64,000 bases of DNA from contig OZ316775.1 in the NCBI GenBank assembly GCA_973851085.1, positions 21,948,001 to 22,012,000 of the forward strand, written 5' to 3'. Below, one piece after another: positions 51,101 to 64,000 of this stretch. The notes beneath the pieces were generated by a model. It made no database searches. It was not told the DNA's origin and was given only the letters and a program-made list of their open reading frames with translations. Each line of letters starts with the position of its first letter. Within the stretch, counting starts at the first letter, position 1. This DNA is from Ptychomitrium polyphyllum. Lineage: Eukaryota. Both the position numbers and the translations under genes were made by a program.

Positions 51101-52043
51101 CAATTCTTTTGGTTGTAACGTCCGCTTGAATTGCTGCTCCCCAGTGCCCGTGATTTCGAGACCATTGGCTTTCTCTCTCCGTCTAACACTTAGCCTAGAC
51201 AGGATTTACAACGTAGAATTCTTGTCCATTTCACGAAACTAGCGCCTCAGTATCAAGCGCATATCGGACGGATAGGATATCGGTATCACATGGGTAAAGA
51301 GTAGATATCAATCGAAACGTGCACTATTAAACTTCCTGGGATTCGTCAAGTCTGTGTCTGCTTGTGTGGCACTGGAATGCGACTAGAGGCCCATTGGATT
51401 AGGCGTTAAAAACCTGTTTTGGCCATTCATTGTGCGTCGATTGCAATGAATATTAGGGACTGGAACAAGATATTTGGCTAGATTTGAGGGGAGGTAGTTG
51501 GAAAAATCTCTGCAAAGCGATTTGGATTGTTGAAAGATTTGTTGATCCAGAGAATCGTGACTGCTTCTCAGATTGATAAAATCATAATCTAGCGGGGTGG
51601 AGGTGGTAGCAACAACGTTGTATGTATTGCGGAATCAACTCCTTCAAACTCTAACAAGAATCGATCTTTACTCCCTGGGCTGTGTCTTCTTCACCTGAGT
51701 CCCCTTGTACATTTTCCAAGACGTCTCAGTACTAAAGACCAATGCCAGTGCATTCTTGAAAACGTCATCATTTCTAGCCCCTCGTTGTGTCTGCAGTGAT
51801 GATTTATCGGCGCATGGAATTTTACATCTCGCACAGAACAGTTCGAAGTGAACAAAAGTGATTCATTAGATTGCTTCAAGATGTATTTAGACGACAGTTT
51901 GGAATAAAACATATAAATTAAAGTAAAATTACTACTACCGTCAGCAAGCCGACTCTCTTGTGGCAATCTGGGTTAACTTCTTCAGAAAGCATCTGGTGTT
52001 GCACGCGAAACTGAAGAATCATAGGACGTCCTGAAGGTGGAAC

Positions 52044-55000
52044 ATGAGTCGAGATAAGTCAATAGCTGGGCCAACAGGCGCAATCTTTTGCGGAAGTGGC
52101 ACCACTCCCCTGTTCGCTGCCAATCCCGTGCACATCTCCTCCGGCTATGGAAGTCCGCAAGGTCGCAATGCGAGCCCGAATCATCGCAGCGCAACCACTG
52201 AACTCAATCCTCCCCGTTACACTGACCAGGAGGCAGGTCCCCCCACGCAGAAGCCACGCATCAAGCAGAACCGGAAATGCCGAGATATCGTGTTCCTCGT
52301 CCTATTCTTCTCTTACGGCATCGGCATTATCATTGAATCCAGCTATGCGTTCAACAAAGGCGACCCCCGCAGGCAATGGCTCAATCCGCCCACAGAATCC
52401 TCAAACGTTTAGAAGGGCATTGTGTCGATGATGTTCTCATGAAAAAGTTTTAGTGTTGGCAGGTTAGTGTATGGTTTGGACTACAAAGGCAACACCTGCG
52501 GCGACAACAAAGGCTCTGTGAATCTGAAAGACTATGATATCCGTTACTGGTTAAACCCCAACCAAGTGTACAGGAGTGGGCTTACTTCGGATCCCTTCAC
52601 CCTCGGTGACGCGCGCAGCATTTGCCTCGCGAGATGTCCTACCCCGAGTGCGACAACTCTGTCCTGGGTTTGCGACTATCCGGAAGGTTCTATCAACTGG
52701 ACCATGTCCAAGTGGAATGCTCGGAATTACAACTATTTCAGCATTCTGACGGCCGAGCAGCAGTCTTCTTCTTTCAATCTGACGGGACCTTGTTACCCTG
52801 TTCTCTTCGTCAGCACTAATGGTAACTTAACCCTACCAAGTGAGTCTCGGCTAGTGAATCATATTTATGCTATCACAGATATTAAGCTCACGGCACTGAA
52901 CTCGGGTGTATGTTTGTGAGACAGTTTTTTGGAGTTGTCAACTGGATGAAGCACCGTCAAATGCAACATTGACCATTTGGCAGAGCGCTGGAGGTGTTCA
53001 GATAAACGCAGGGAGTGTGATAGTCCAAGCGATTCAAAATGCTCTCTCAACTCCCGGTGCTGTTGCCAAGGTGCGAACGCTATTCGACTGCCTTCCTAGT
53101 TAGGACATTGCTTTTTTATCTTGTTTTTGGCTGCAAGACAGCAACCAATCATTTTAAGATCCGGATTTTTGTTTAGGTTATATGAGGGAAAGTCATGATT
53201 CATGAATTGCTGTAAAGAGGAGGAACCGTATGTTGCATTCGTTCCGGCCTCAAAACATTGACTTCTTCGAACTGGTCTCTGATGAGTGGCGTATGCTTTG
53301 TACGTCTACAGAGGTACATTGCAGATTTGGGAAGAGCATGGCAAGTGCTTGTGGTGTGCGGTAGCATATCCCCGCTCTTGCTCTCAATTGCCTATCTCAT
53401 CCTTGTTCGATACTTTGTGGGCGCATTGACGTGGATCACGGTTATCCTTCTCAATGTCCTGACGATCCTGGTGACGCTCTTTTTCTACGTCAAAGGTACG
53501 CATTGTAGTTGGGATCATTCCATGATTGGAACTACCATGTACAAATTGATTGATCATGTTGAAAATTAATCTGTTAATGGAGCTATGCTGTGCAGCTGGA
53601 TGGATTGGCAAGGATGTTGTGGTAGGCGCAATAGGAAATGGTGCCGATAAAGTGCTATCGTCTTCTACGAGGGTACTGACTTTATTCGCTACACTTCATC
53701 TTGTGAACATTCTCATCAATGGTCGAATCAAAACCCTCTTTCTCTTCTCGTTTTATAACACTGAAGTGAACGTTTCCTTGGTGGTGAACATTTATGATCT
53801 ATCCTTTCTCGTTGTTCAGGAAGCACAGCACTTGAAGATAGTAGCTGTAATCATGACAATCGTTTTTGTGGTTGTGGTGCTGATCACGCTTGTTCTGCTC
53901 AAGCGTCTCATAATTGCTGTTGCAGTGATCAAGGTAGAAAACTTCAACTTTGTCTGAGTTTACATTTACCTGGCTGAATTTGCCTTGATACTTGATGAGT
54001 TGAGCAATGAAGGTTCATTAAGTTTCAAAGTAGGTAATTCTCTTGACATGGTGCAGGTAGCTGCAAAGGCGATTGGGGCAATACCAAGCCTAATTTTATA
54101 TCCATTAGTCCCATTTCTGTTCCAAGGTATTTTCTTGATTTATTGGGTAGCTGGGCTACTCTACCTGTTTAGTGCCGGAGATGTGACACCGAATATTTGT
54201 AACTACAGCTGTGCCGCTTATGATCTGATCCTCGGCCATGTAAACGATGCCAACTGTTGTGGATATAGCTTCCACCACAGCAAGAACTTCACATGGGCTA
54301 TTTTGTATCACTTTTTCGGTTTATTCTGGACAACCCAATTTATTACGGCTTGCTGTTTGACAACAATTGCCGGTGCAGTAGCTGCATATTACTGGGCGAG
54401 AGGCGAAAGTTCAGTGAGTCTAAGTTGATACTTGAATTCAACCCCACTTTAATTTATTTCAGATTAGATTTTCCCCCTTGATCTAATTTTCTTAGTATTT
54501 TTTTCTTGGGGAGCATTTGAATTAGGCTGTTTTGTTTTTGTGAGATTATGTCTGCTAATTGTTTTTGTTTGTTGTCCAGGACCTGGGTTGGTTGCCTGTG
54601 CTGTCGTCAGCGTACAGGGTGTTACGGTATAGTTTAGGATCCATGGCTTTGGGGTCCTTAATAGTGGCTATCATCGAAATGATTCGGTTTCTCTTGGAGC
54701 TTCTCCGGAAAAAGCTCAAGGCTCTGGAAGCAGCACCGGGTGGATGCTTAATTTCAATAGGTTGCTGTTGTGCTGAGTGTTGCTTGGGTTGCATCGAATG
54801 GACCAGTAAATTCATCAACCGCAATGCATACATCGTTGTAAGTGATCATTTTGACCATGAAACACTAAACATTTTGTTGACAGTCGCTTGTCCACTTGAA
54901 ACTGCCCAACTGGTTATGTGAACGTTTTGTGATGACACAGTTGATTTCACCTGTATCCTGTGCAGGTTGCAATTTCTGGAAAAGGCTTCTGCCGGGCTGC

Positions 55001-55551
55001 AGAAAAAGCAACAGGGCTAATTGCGAATAACGTTTTGAGAGTTGCAGCTGTGAACATCATAGGTGACATGGTATTATTTCTGGGGAAGGTTGTCGTGAGT
55101 TTGGCATGCGCACTCTTTGCCTTCCTAATGCTGGACTCAACCAAGTATAAGTTCGGCTCCGACAGAGTGTCCTCGCCTCTCTTCCCTGTGCTGGTGAGCA
55201 TCTCCTCTTTCGATGCAAATGCATCATTTTTGGTTCATAAGAACACATCGAGCAGTTAGTGAAAATTTAATTAAACCTTTTGGCTTGGTTCCTTTCTGAT
55301 GAAGATTGTGTGTTGGACGACAGTTCTGTTGGTTTGTAGGCTACCTAGCAACCGGCATGTTCTTCGGGGTGGTGGAGATGGCGATCGACACGATCTTGTT
55401 GTCGTTCTGTATAGACTCCGAAGAGCATAATGGCACTCCCATGTTTGCTCCTCCGATGCTCATTGACACGCTTTCCTTGCACGCCAAGCGAGTGGAGGTA
55501 GACGAGGCTGCACGAGTTGCCAAAGCTGCTCGCAATCACCAGAGCCTGTGA
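52044..55551 (+). CDS. CTL1: Choline transporter-like protein (CTL/SLC44 family; similar to Arabidopsis CTL1/CHER1), 10 exons, ~759 aa
   Basis: Exons 52044-52372, 52463-52821, 52925-53070, 53312-53495, 53596-53672, 53820-53933, 54057-54413, 54580-54837, 54966-55193 and 55324-55551 (2280 nt, in frame). Motifs RKCRD..FL, RLVYGLDYKGNTCG, RYSLGS.ALGSLI, KFINRNAYI..AI.GK.FC, VEMAIDTILLSFC.D. Intron 1 is GC-AG, the others GT-AG. Confidence 0.95.
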
Positions 55552-56781
55552 TGATCATAAGAAGCGAATAAGTTTCCACCAGCTTACAGTTAGACTTCGA
55601 GGCTCAATCTGATTCGAAGCTTGTTAAGATCATTTGTAGAAAATTGATTAGAGATTAACAAATTCTATACATTTCCACACATACCTCCATCGTGCAGGTT
55701 ACCTTGCTTGTAAATATGGTGGATATCACATACCTTGTCCTTTCAATAGAAAATTTGTGTGAAACTTTTTGCAGTTGATGCAGAACACTTCTGAGCAGAG
55801 CCTTGCGAAAAAGGTCGGAGTCTCTCTTGATAGGGCAGTACTCGTACACAAAGCAGTACGTGTTGATCAATCTGTCTGTGTCATGGCTAAGTCACGATGA
55901 CATGTATTCACTATCGTTTGTCTTACTGAAGATTCCATCATTTTTGTAACTGTTCACCGAAGAAAGTGAGCCCTTTTAAGTGTGGCGACTTATACGTGAG
56001 CCATAAATATAAGCCTCATGTACGTTGTTTTAGATTCCCTGTCACAGCTTCGATCTTCATATGACGTGAGCAATTTCAACTTTTTATTTCACTTCAAAAT
56101 TTGTGTGCCAAGCTACAGGTCGGACTTTTCTTCGTCCTTGCTTCGTTGGTGACCGTACATGTAAAACCAACAAGAAAGGCTAGAACTTGTGGAACTTTGC
56201 CCACATATCCCTGTCGTGCATACTCATCTTTTCAGGGTTGCGGCAGACAGAAAGGGAATCTTTCCTGGCCCTCGCTCAGCTTTGATAAACAATCAAAGCT
56301 CAATCAAGCCAGGGCATGCAGTACAGGATTGTTTTCCAGTAGCCCATGTAAGAAATACCAAGTTCGTCAGAATGATATTCCACACACTGCCCGGGGTCCA
56401 GAGGTGTGACAGAAGAGGGGCAAAATAGTTGCTGAAACGTGCCGTGTAAGCTTCCCAGTTTCAGCACGTTTTTTACACTTCTCTGTTGCATTTGCTCAGG
56501 GAAAATGATACACGAGGCTCAGTGTGACATTAACCAGTAACAGCCTGGGCGGTTAGACAAGCGGAACTCCTACTCCACTTCCAAAAAGGTGGGGAGGAAT
56601 CCTACTTTACGTCGTTCCTCATTCTGTTTCCTACCAGTTGAGGTCAATGCAACATTATCCGATCATTGATGAGGTGAAAAACTTCTCTCGGTTTGAAAAA
56701 GAATCTTTCTTTTAATTCATAGATGAGCCACCCCTTTGTCTAGTTTGCATGCATTTCGTCCAATTGTGCGTAGTTGGAAAC

Positions 56782-57168
56782 ATGCAGGATAGGATGGCTG
56801 CGATGGACCATCCGAGCAAGTCAAGAACCGTCACGTCGTTGAATCGAACGCGACACATCGACCCTGCGACGGCAACTGCAGTCGATATGGCAAGTTAGCA
56901 CATCCTCAAGGGGACAACGGTTGCGCTGATCATGCTGGTCGTAATTCATGCGCTTTCCAGGGCAGGCAAGAAGCTCACGGTTTAGTGTCTCGTCGAGTTT
57001 CCGATTCTCAACAAGGTCGTGAACGTGAAGAACTTCGAGAGGATGTTGCGCTTGATGGTCGCTAATCGCATCACCATGGGAGTCTTGGAATTCGCCGGCA
57101 CTGCGCGTGCTCGATGTTTTTATAAGTTGAATCCAGTCGGGAAGTTCTTTGCGGTAAACGGTAACGAT
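56782..57168 (+). pseudogene. Plant class II (COMT-like) O-methyltransferase pseudogene, N-terminal dimerisation domain/first exon only
   Basis: MAAMDHP...AVDMAS*HILKG...ALSRAGKKLTV*...KNFERMLRLMVA...FYKLNPVGKFF (cf. LDRILRLLAS...YGLAPV.K.F). In-frame TAG at 56896 and 56983. No SAM-binding exons found downstream. Confidence 0.65.
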
Positions 57169-59048
57169 GTACGCGTGAACACTGCATACTGCGACGGTCC
57201 AACTCTGCATACCTTTGCTGCAACTTCGGAAAGTGAAACGTTTCCAGCAAACGATTACAATTTGGTTGATTACGTTTCGTGCATTACAGGTAGTACATGA
57301 AAACGAAGCTGAAATGAAAGAATCACTTTGTTAGGATCTAAATTTCTATGACTTGTTAAACCCAGTCACTCTTACTGATTAACTCGAAATAAAAAATAAT
57401 CCAAAATAATAGGTAACCCAAAACAGGAGAAGCTGATCCATGTTCCCGCACGACACACATTCTCACAAACGAAGAACTTTATTTATATCACAAACTGATT
57501 GCCATTAATTCGTACAAATGGATTTACTGGTTGAAACCATAATTCATCCCTCCATGAGCTACAATCCATCTCTAGTAGTATTGAAACTGAAAACTCTATA
57601 CAACTAGGTTGTCATACTTCTTGTAAGGATAAGCTGTTCTTGAAATGTTGACACTGTATTGTATGCTAGATCATTGATAGAACTTGAGTTCTTTGATTTT
57701 TGCAACAAACCCTTCTAAACCTCCAATAATTGCAAAAATTCTAACCAATATGCCAATTGTAATGACAAGCTAAAATAAACATTAAATTGATTAAAATACT
57801 TTTTGCTCTTGGAAAGTTGTATGTATGTATGTATATATGTGTATATAAAAGTATAATAACCAAAATCATTTTATCAATTAATAATTCAATTTTGAACAAA
57901 ACCACCAGCATATACATCATGGTATTATATTAATTAACATCAAAAATTAAATATCTAATGTGCAAAATTAATTTAAAACAACATTTTTTTAAATATGAAG
58001 ATTCAAAATAAATAAAAATAAGAATTAGAAACTCTTAAAACATTTATGATTGAATTAAAACTTAAGCTTTAAATTTGGTGATGCAGAAACATATAATATA
58101 TGATAGCTATTTAAAAATAAAATTGTTAAAATAAAATGAAAAATAATAATATGAAAATGGTATTAATTTTAAGAATTATAAAAAAATCACATAAATCAAT
58201 CTAAAAAAATCAAATGCACTATGACTTTATAGTAAGACAAAAAATTACAACACTTTGAATATTGCCAAGACCTTCAAAAAAATCCATCAATGCGTAGAAA
58301 AGTATAATAGCTAAATTAATAAAATAAACTGTTGTTAGAACAATGATAACAAATAAAATTAATAAAATTAGTTGAAAATAAAAACTTGTAATCTACAATA
58401 TTTCTAAGATTATTAGATATATAATAACTACTCTATTCTATATAATTTATTTATTTATTAAATATTGAAAATTTATTAAAAAACACTTGCTAACATATGA
58501 AGATGTAATAATGAACCTTAGTATAAATGAAGGTATAAAGCTCAAATTTTTAACCAAAAATGCTTCCAACCAAAGCAAAATAGACATAGCATACATTGGC
58601 AAAAAAATGATAAAATATTGCAAAAATCAAATCAAATAATATAGTAGCAATACATAATAATTTATAATTACAGGAATAATAACCATTATATTAACAATGG
58701 CAACTTGAATTTGTAGTCAATGATATAAGTAATGATATTTTATTTGACATGATTTTTTTGAATATAATATTTAATAAACAATATAGAAATTTAGTAAAAT
58801 ATAAGAATAATGTAAGCAATAAAAGTATCTTTCTACATAGGATATTTAGATGATTTATCTATAATAGATGGAATTGAGGCTTGAATTTTCAATATTACAT
58901 TGTATTATTTGTATGTAAAGGCTATTTCTCTAAAAGCATTAGATATTTTATAAAAATGACTTGATGGAAGTTCATTGAATATTTAGTAATTTGAATATTT
59001 ACTAAGTAATATTAATAGATTGTTGTTGTTGTAAAACGTTAATGGAAT

Positions 59049-59589
59049 TGTTAGGGACACAAGAAACAAGAAGCAGAAACGAAGTGTTTCCCAAGAATTA
59101 GCTTCCAAAGAACTAATGATTAATAAGAACTTGATACAAAGACTAGAACAAGGCAAGATTTAAGATGATCCACAACTTTTGTTGGCAAGACTAAGGAATA
59201 ACTTGTTTTGCTTCCTATTTATTCTATGACGTTTGTATTTCCTATGATACTTCTAAAGAAGCTTTTTACAAGGCTTAAGAATGTTCTGGAAGTTTAGAGA
59301 ACCTTCCCAAAAAAATTTCTAAGATGTTGGAACGTTCCTAAGAAGCTTCCAAGAAGTTGGAACCTTCATAGGAAGTTTCTTAAGGTAGCGGAACCTTCCT
59401 AGGAAGTTTTCCTAGGATGATAGAACCTTCCTAGGAAATTTTCTAAGGTGGAAGAACTTTCATAGGAAGCTTCCTAAGAACATGGAAAGGCTATGGAGAC
59501 ATTTTAAAGTATTCTAAGAAGCTATTATAGTATATTAGAAGGTTCTAGAATGTTCTAAGGACTATATTGTATGATCTATGTCCGTGACA
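59049..59589 (-). mobile_element. Solo LTR of the Gypsy T family
   Basis: Reverse complement TGTCACGGACATAG...TCCCTAACA matches the T LTRs; TSD GGAAT / GGAAC. Confidence 0.92.
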
Positions 59590-62500
59590 GGAACCACCTA
59601 TGAGATTGCAGAATAATTGCAATTTATTATAATAAAGTCATTATTTGTAAATGTATACATATATACAAATGAATGTTGATTTTGCTAAAAACTTGTTTAT
59701 AAATTTTAAATTAGAAGAATATAAGAAAACATGTATTAGACCAATTTAATCAATTAAAAAACTTAAAAATCGAATTTTATATTAATGGTATAATCATAGA
59801 TGTTATAGAAATTTTAGATATTGAATTAAAGAATGGAAGTTGAGCTAATATATGATGTATAGAAGAAAACATCATAATAAATGTCCATTTTTTTTCACTC
59901 AATGAACAACCATCATGGTAAGCAATGCTATATATCTTATATAAAGAAATTTTTTAGTAACCATATAAACAATATTAGCACCAATTGTACATGTAATTTA
60001 TTGGAGTACAATAATCATTATACCAATTTTTTACCAAAAGCCGCTTGATCCAATTCATGATATTGATCTAAATGCTTTCATAATATCATTTTGTACATCT
60101 CTATCACTTATCAAAGGGTGTATAAATAGATTGCCTATAAAAAACCATTACAACAACTTGAGGACCCTTGCTTGCAATACAAGGATCAATTGATATATTA
60201 AATGATATTTTTTGAAAAATCATCAATCAATAATTCACAAACATTATGTTATAAAAATGTGAAATTGAATGAAAATCTTACCAAGTGAAATGTACCATAC
60301 AATGTGGGAATGGTAGAGCTTCTGCTTTTACCATTGCTATTACAATATAGAAGACCGCATAATACCATTTGCATTGTCAGTCTCTGCTTTTGTAGCACCT
60401 TTTATCTTTGATGTATTTAGCAAGTATTGAGTTTTTCTCCCGTGTTCTGTCGAAGGTACTATTCTGGCCTATAATTTGAGAAGGGATAGTTTAATGAAAA
60501 AGGAATCAGGAGGTAGTAAATAAGGCCCTGACGAAGATCTGAAGGTTCTTAGTGGTAGACTGGAACATTTATAAACAACTAGTGGAATTTGTATAAACAA
60601 CTTCCACTATCTTTCTAGATACTAGCTGGGCACAGGTAGACATGAAAGAAGAAAGTGATAAGAAAGTGTCGTGTTCTTCTGATTCTTATTGCTTAGAAGC
60701 CTGATTATTCATGGAGCTCATTATGGAGCAAATCATTGTCCTCGGTAGATTTTCAGCTCCAAGAATGATCCAAATTAGGCAATTCTTCCATTTTTATAAT
60801 TAGTTTTTTTTAATTTGAAACAATAAAAAATCCATTCTTGAAGAAGAAACTCATGATAATTCTTTTGAAAATCTTTTGTTCTTTTTAAAGTCATCAACTT
60901 TAATAATAAATAGAATAGAGTGGAAAGGCCTAGTGGTAATCTTTATTCTTTAAACTTTTTTCTTGTCTAAGATGTCATTATATATTTTAGAGTTATTAAA
61001 TGTCCCTAATAATTTAATTGCAAGATTGGTGGATTTTTCTACCTCATCTATAATTATTTTTCAGTACATTTACTATATTCTATCAATGCTTGCCACATCA
61101 ACTTATGAAAATATTGTCTGATACTTCAAAAATACTTTGAAAAGTTGTGTTTTGGAATTTTAGTAGACGCTAATTAAATTTTTTGCTTGCATAAAAAAAG
61201 AATCAAATTGTAAGTTTTGTTTCTACTTGTGGAAAAAAATAGAAGTCATTGGCAGCCAATAGGTTTCATCTATTGGCTTTCCAACATTAAGTTAAAAAAG
61301 CCTTGCAAAAAGTATTAAAGAAAAAATTATTCAATTAAATTATATTGTCTATTTAGCAATATATGATTGTTGAAATTTGGAAATATTTTCATATTTAGCT
61401 TCTAAGTAAGTTGGATTGAATTTTTTACCTTTTTGCTCTAATAGTTGACTAGTTATGTACTCATAAGCTATATTTTTATTTTGAATTGAGTATGAAAATA
61501 CATTCTAAGTCCAACATGTGCTTGTCAAAATTGCTGCATTTTATGTTATATATGTGGCATTTGAAAAAGTCATCTTTGAGTACCTTTGGTGTAAAGTATA
61601 AATTCAATCTTTAAAAGAACAATCTCATTCATGTTAAAAAATTTGATTGAGCTTGAAGCCATTTGTAAGTCCAATCCATCAATTTAAGCTTTACATCATA
61701 TTAGCTTCTTGCTTCATATATGCATGTATGATATTTTATTACTTTTTTGTATTTCAACACAAAAGAAAATACAAATAAAAATGGTATTTGATGTCATCCA
61801 TTCTAAATATTTTATTATAGTTCCAAATATAAGTTTTTGAATTACTTTCACTAACATAAAATGTCAAAAAGATTTTGATTGGAATAACAAAACACCTTAG
61901 AGATTCTTTAATAATAATATCATTTTATAAATTGTTCAACATAATAATTTTTTTCTTATAAGTACTTTCAAATTTTTCTAATACAAATGCATTTGCCTTA
62001 GCTTCCAAATAATAGATGTTGTACATATTAAATACTATTTGGATCGTATCCAGAATTTTACCTTGTTTTAAGTATAAAATATACTTTATTGCACCTCTTT
62101 TAATCCTTTGTTTTTTTTTCCTTCTTATTTAACATGATTTATTTGATTTCTTATTTAACGGTATCTTTTCATCTAAATTATGTAATGGTTTCCATTTATT
62201 TAATACCTTTATTAGTATCATTTCATCTAATTGTATCATTTCAATTATTATACCTCTTCATTAAACTTGGTTAATTTAACTTGCCATATAATTTATAAAA
62301 TTTAGTTCTTTCACTAACTTTATTTGATGATAGTCTATTACCAAATTATATATAAATAGCCTTTAAATTTTTTTTATTCATAGCCTTCTCTACCAAACTA
62401 AGTTTTGGTATTTTTTAAAAGAATCAATGGTTATCTTTTATTATTCCAATGTTAAAAAAAAATGGATGATAAATGAAATTTGTCACCAATAGTTAATTTG

Positions 62501-62886
62501 CCAATTATTGATTACAATTACAAAAACAATTATAAACTTTTGTGACAAGGTAGCTTGTATATTTGTGAATATTGTAATAAGAAATAATTTATGGCTTGTA
62601 TATGGCTCATTTCATCTTAAAATGAATTCAAAAATATAATTCTAAATTTTAAAAAAGAACTACCTACAAATTAATATGATTTTTTTAAGATAATTTTTAA
62701 AAGAAAGTTGAAATTTGACCTTTTAGTTTTTATATAAAATATTTGGTGATAAAAATTGTAAATTAAACTTTTTACATATAAGTTGAAGTTCAAAGCCTAC
62801 AACTTTATTCATGCATAACATTCAAATTTTTTTTTCTAATTGTGTCTTATATTAAATCTTTAAAAAAAACATCAAGGTACAAAGAG

Positions 62887-62908
62887 TATATATGTATATG
62901 TATATGTA

Positions 62909-62948
<40 letters not shown>
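62887..62948. repeat. (TATATG)n/(TA)n microsatellite
   Basis: Read directly. Confidence 0.9.
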
Positions 62949-62955
<7 letters not shown>

Positions 62956-64000
62956 AGAGATTCAATCAAATATTGTGTTGTTGGCTTTTCATCTGTAATT
63001 TAGAAGTTTAGCAAATATGTTATTTATGAGCATTACTAGTATTTTGGGCAATTTGGAAATTAAAACTTTGTATACTGTAATTAAAAATTGCAATTACTAA
63101 GGATGTAAATAAGAATGATGTATATCTAATGAAACTTTGATAAAGGTGCAACTTATAAAGTATTTCAATTGGAAGCTTTCAAATTTTTTTAATATGTATT
63201 ATTTCATAAACACTACATTTTAATAAAAATTATCAAAATTATAGTGTTTGCTATTAGATTGTATTAGAAAGAATCAAAATCATTTTATTTGCAAAAAAAT
63301 CTATCAAATTCTTATTATTAGTGATAGGACATTTTATTTGATAAAACTATGACAATACTTCATGTCTTTTCACTAATAATATGAGTTTTAGGAATCTTTT
63401 AAATTTGAAATTGATTAGAATATTCCTTATTGAATAAGATTTTCAAGTATAATTTGAAATTGATGTAAGAAATCTCAAGCTTAATGTTTAGAATTTTTGA
63501 TATCCTTAAAATTCATAGCATTCTTTAACAACCCTTTTTATTAACAACTTTTGCAATAACATGAAACCTTAAGGAATTTATGCAATAATCATGACTTTTA
63601 CTCACGGATTAAACAACATGACCACATTGAAACGTTTCTTCAAAAAGTAGCTCCCTTCATTATTCTAAATTGTAATCTACTATGGCCATCATCAATATGA
63701 AATACAAAATTTATAATGACTCAAAATCAAAAATTAAAAAAAAAGTGAAGTCTTGAACAAAGTTCTTACAAGATTCCCCAGAATAAAATTTGCTGGAATG
63801 GATGTGGAATCTGACACTTTCAATATAGATGACTAGAAAGAGGTTGGTTGTATAAACGATGACCTGGCTGAGGTCACTTGCCTTACGTCAGACCTCTGCC
63901 GTGCATCCCATCCCTGGGGTACGCTCCGTGCAGCTTCGGCTGCCTTGTCGAACTCCCGGGTGGTCCTTCACCGGAGTGGAGTGATTGCAGAATCAACGGC

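Noticed and set aside
55..57300. Most short ORFs in the supplied track (antisense to TE/CTL coding, repeat-derived such as 3889..4345 and 26771..26971, or 48881..49357)
   Set aside because: They are shadow frames or low-complexity ORFs with no recognisable domains, and many start at non-ATG codons.
63840..64000. GC-rich right edge as a gene exon
   Set aside because: Only ~160 bp is visible and no frame gives a recognisable protein.

Overview
Eukaryotic, AT-rich, transposon-dense plant DNA. It is most consistent with a moss such as Physcomitrium patens (inferred from Tcn1-type chromoviruses, bryophyte-like Copia and F-box sequences; not verified). One intact host gene is visible: a 10-exon choline-transporter-like (CTL/SLC44) gene at 52044-55551 with a GC-AG first intron, flanked by an F-box pseudogene and an O-methyltransferase pseudo-exon. 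Most of the rest is decayed and nested retroelements. The main discovery is an old outer retroelement at 5974-25752, about 5.7 kb of its own sequence once nested inserts are removed. It has Ty3/Gypsy-type gag, protease and integrase remnants, an internal C5 DNA-cytosine methyltransferase domain (motifs I, IV 'WPCQG', VI 'ENV', VIII) and a C-terminal PHD finger. Its ends are split direct repeats (A...PPT-B-A-B) with a candidate 4-bp TSD instead of ordinary LTRs. It hosts a four-level nest: solo LTR > Tcn1-like Gypsy > Copia and another solo LTR. All alignments and identities were done by eye and no database searches were run.
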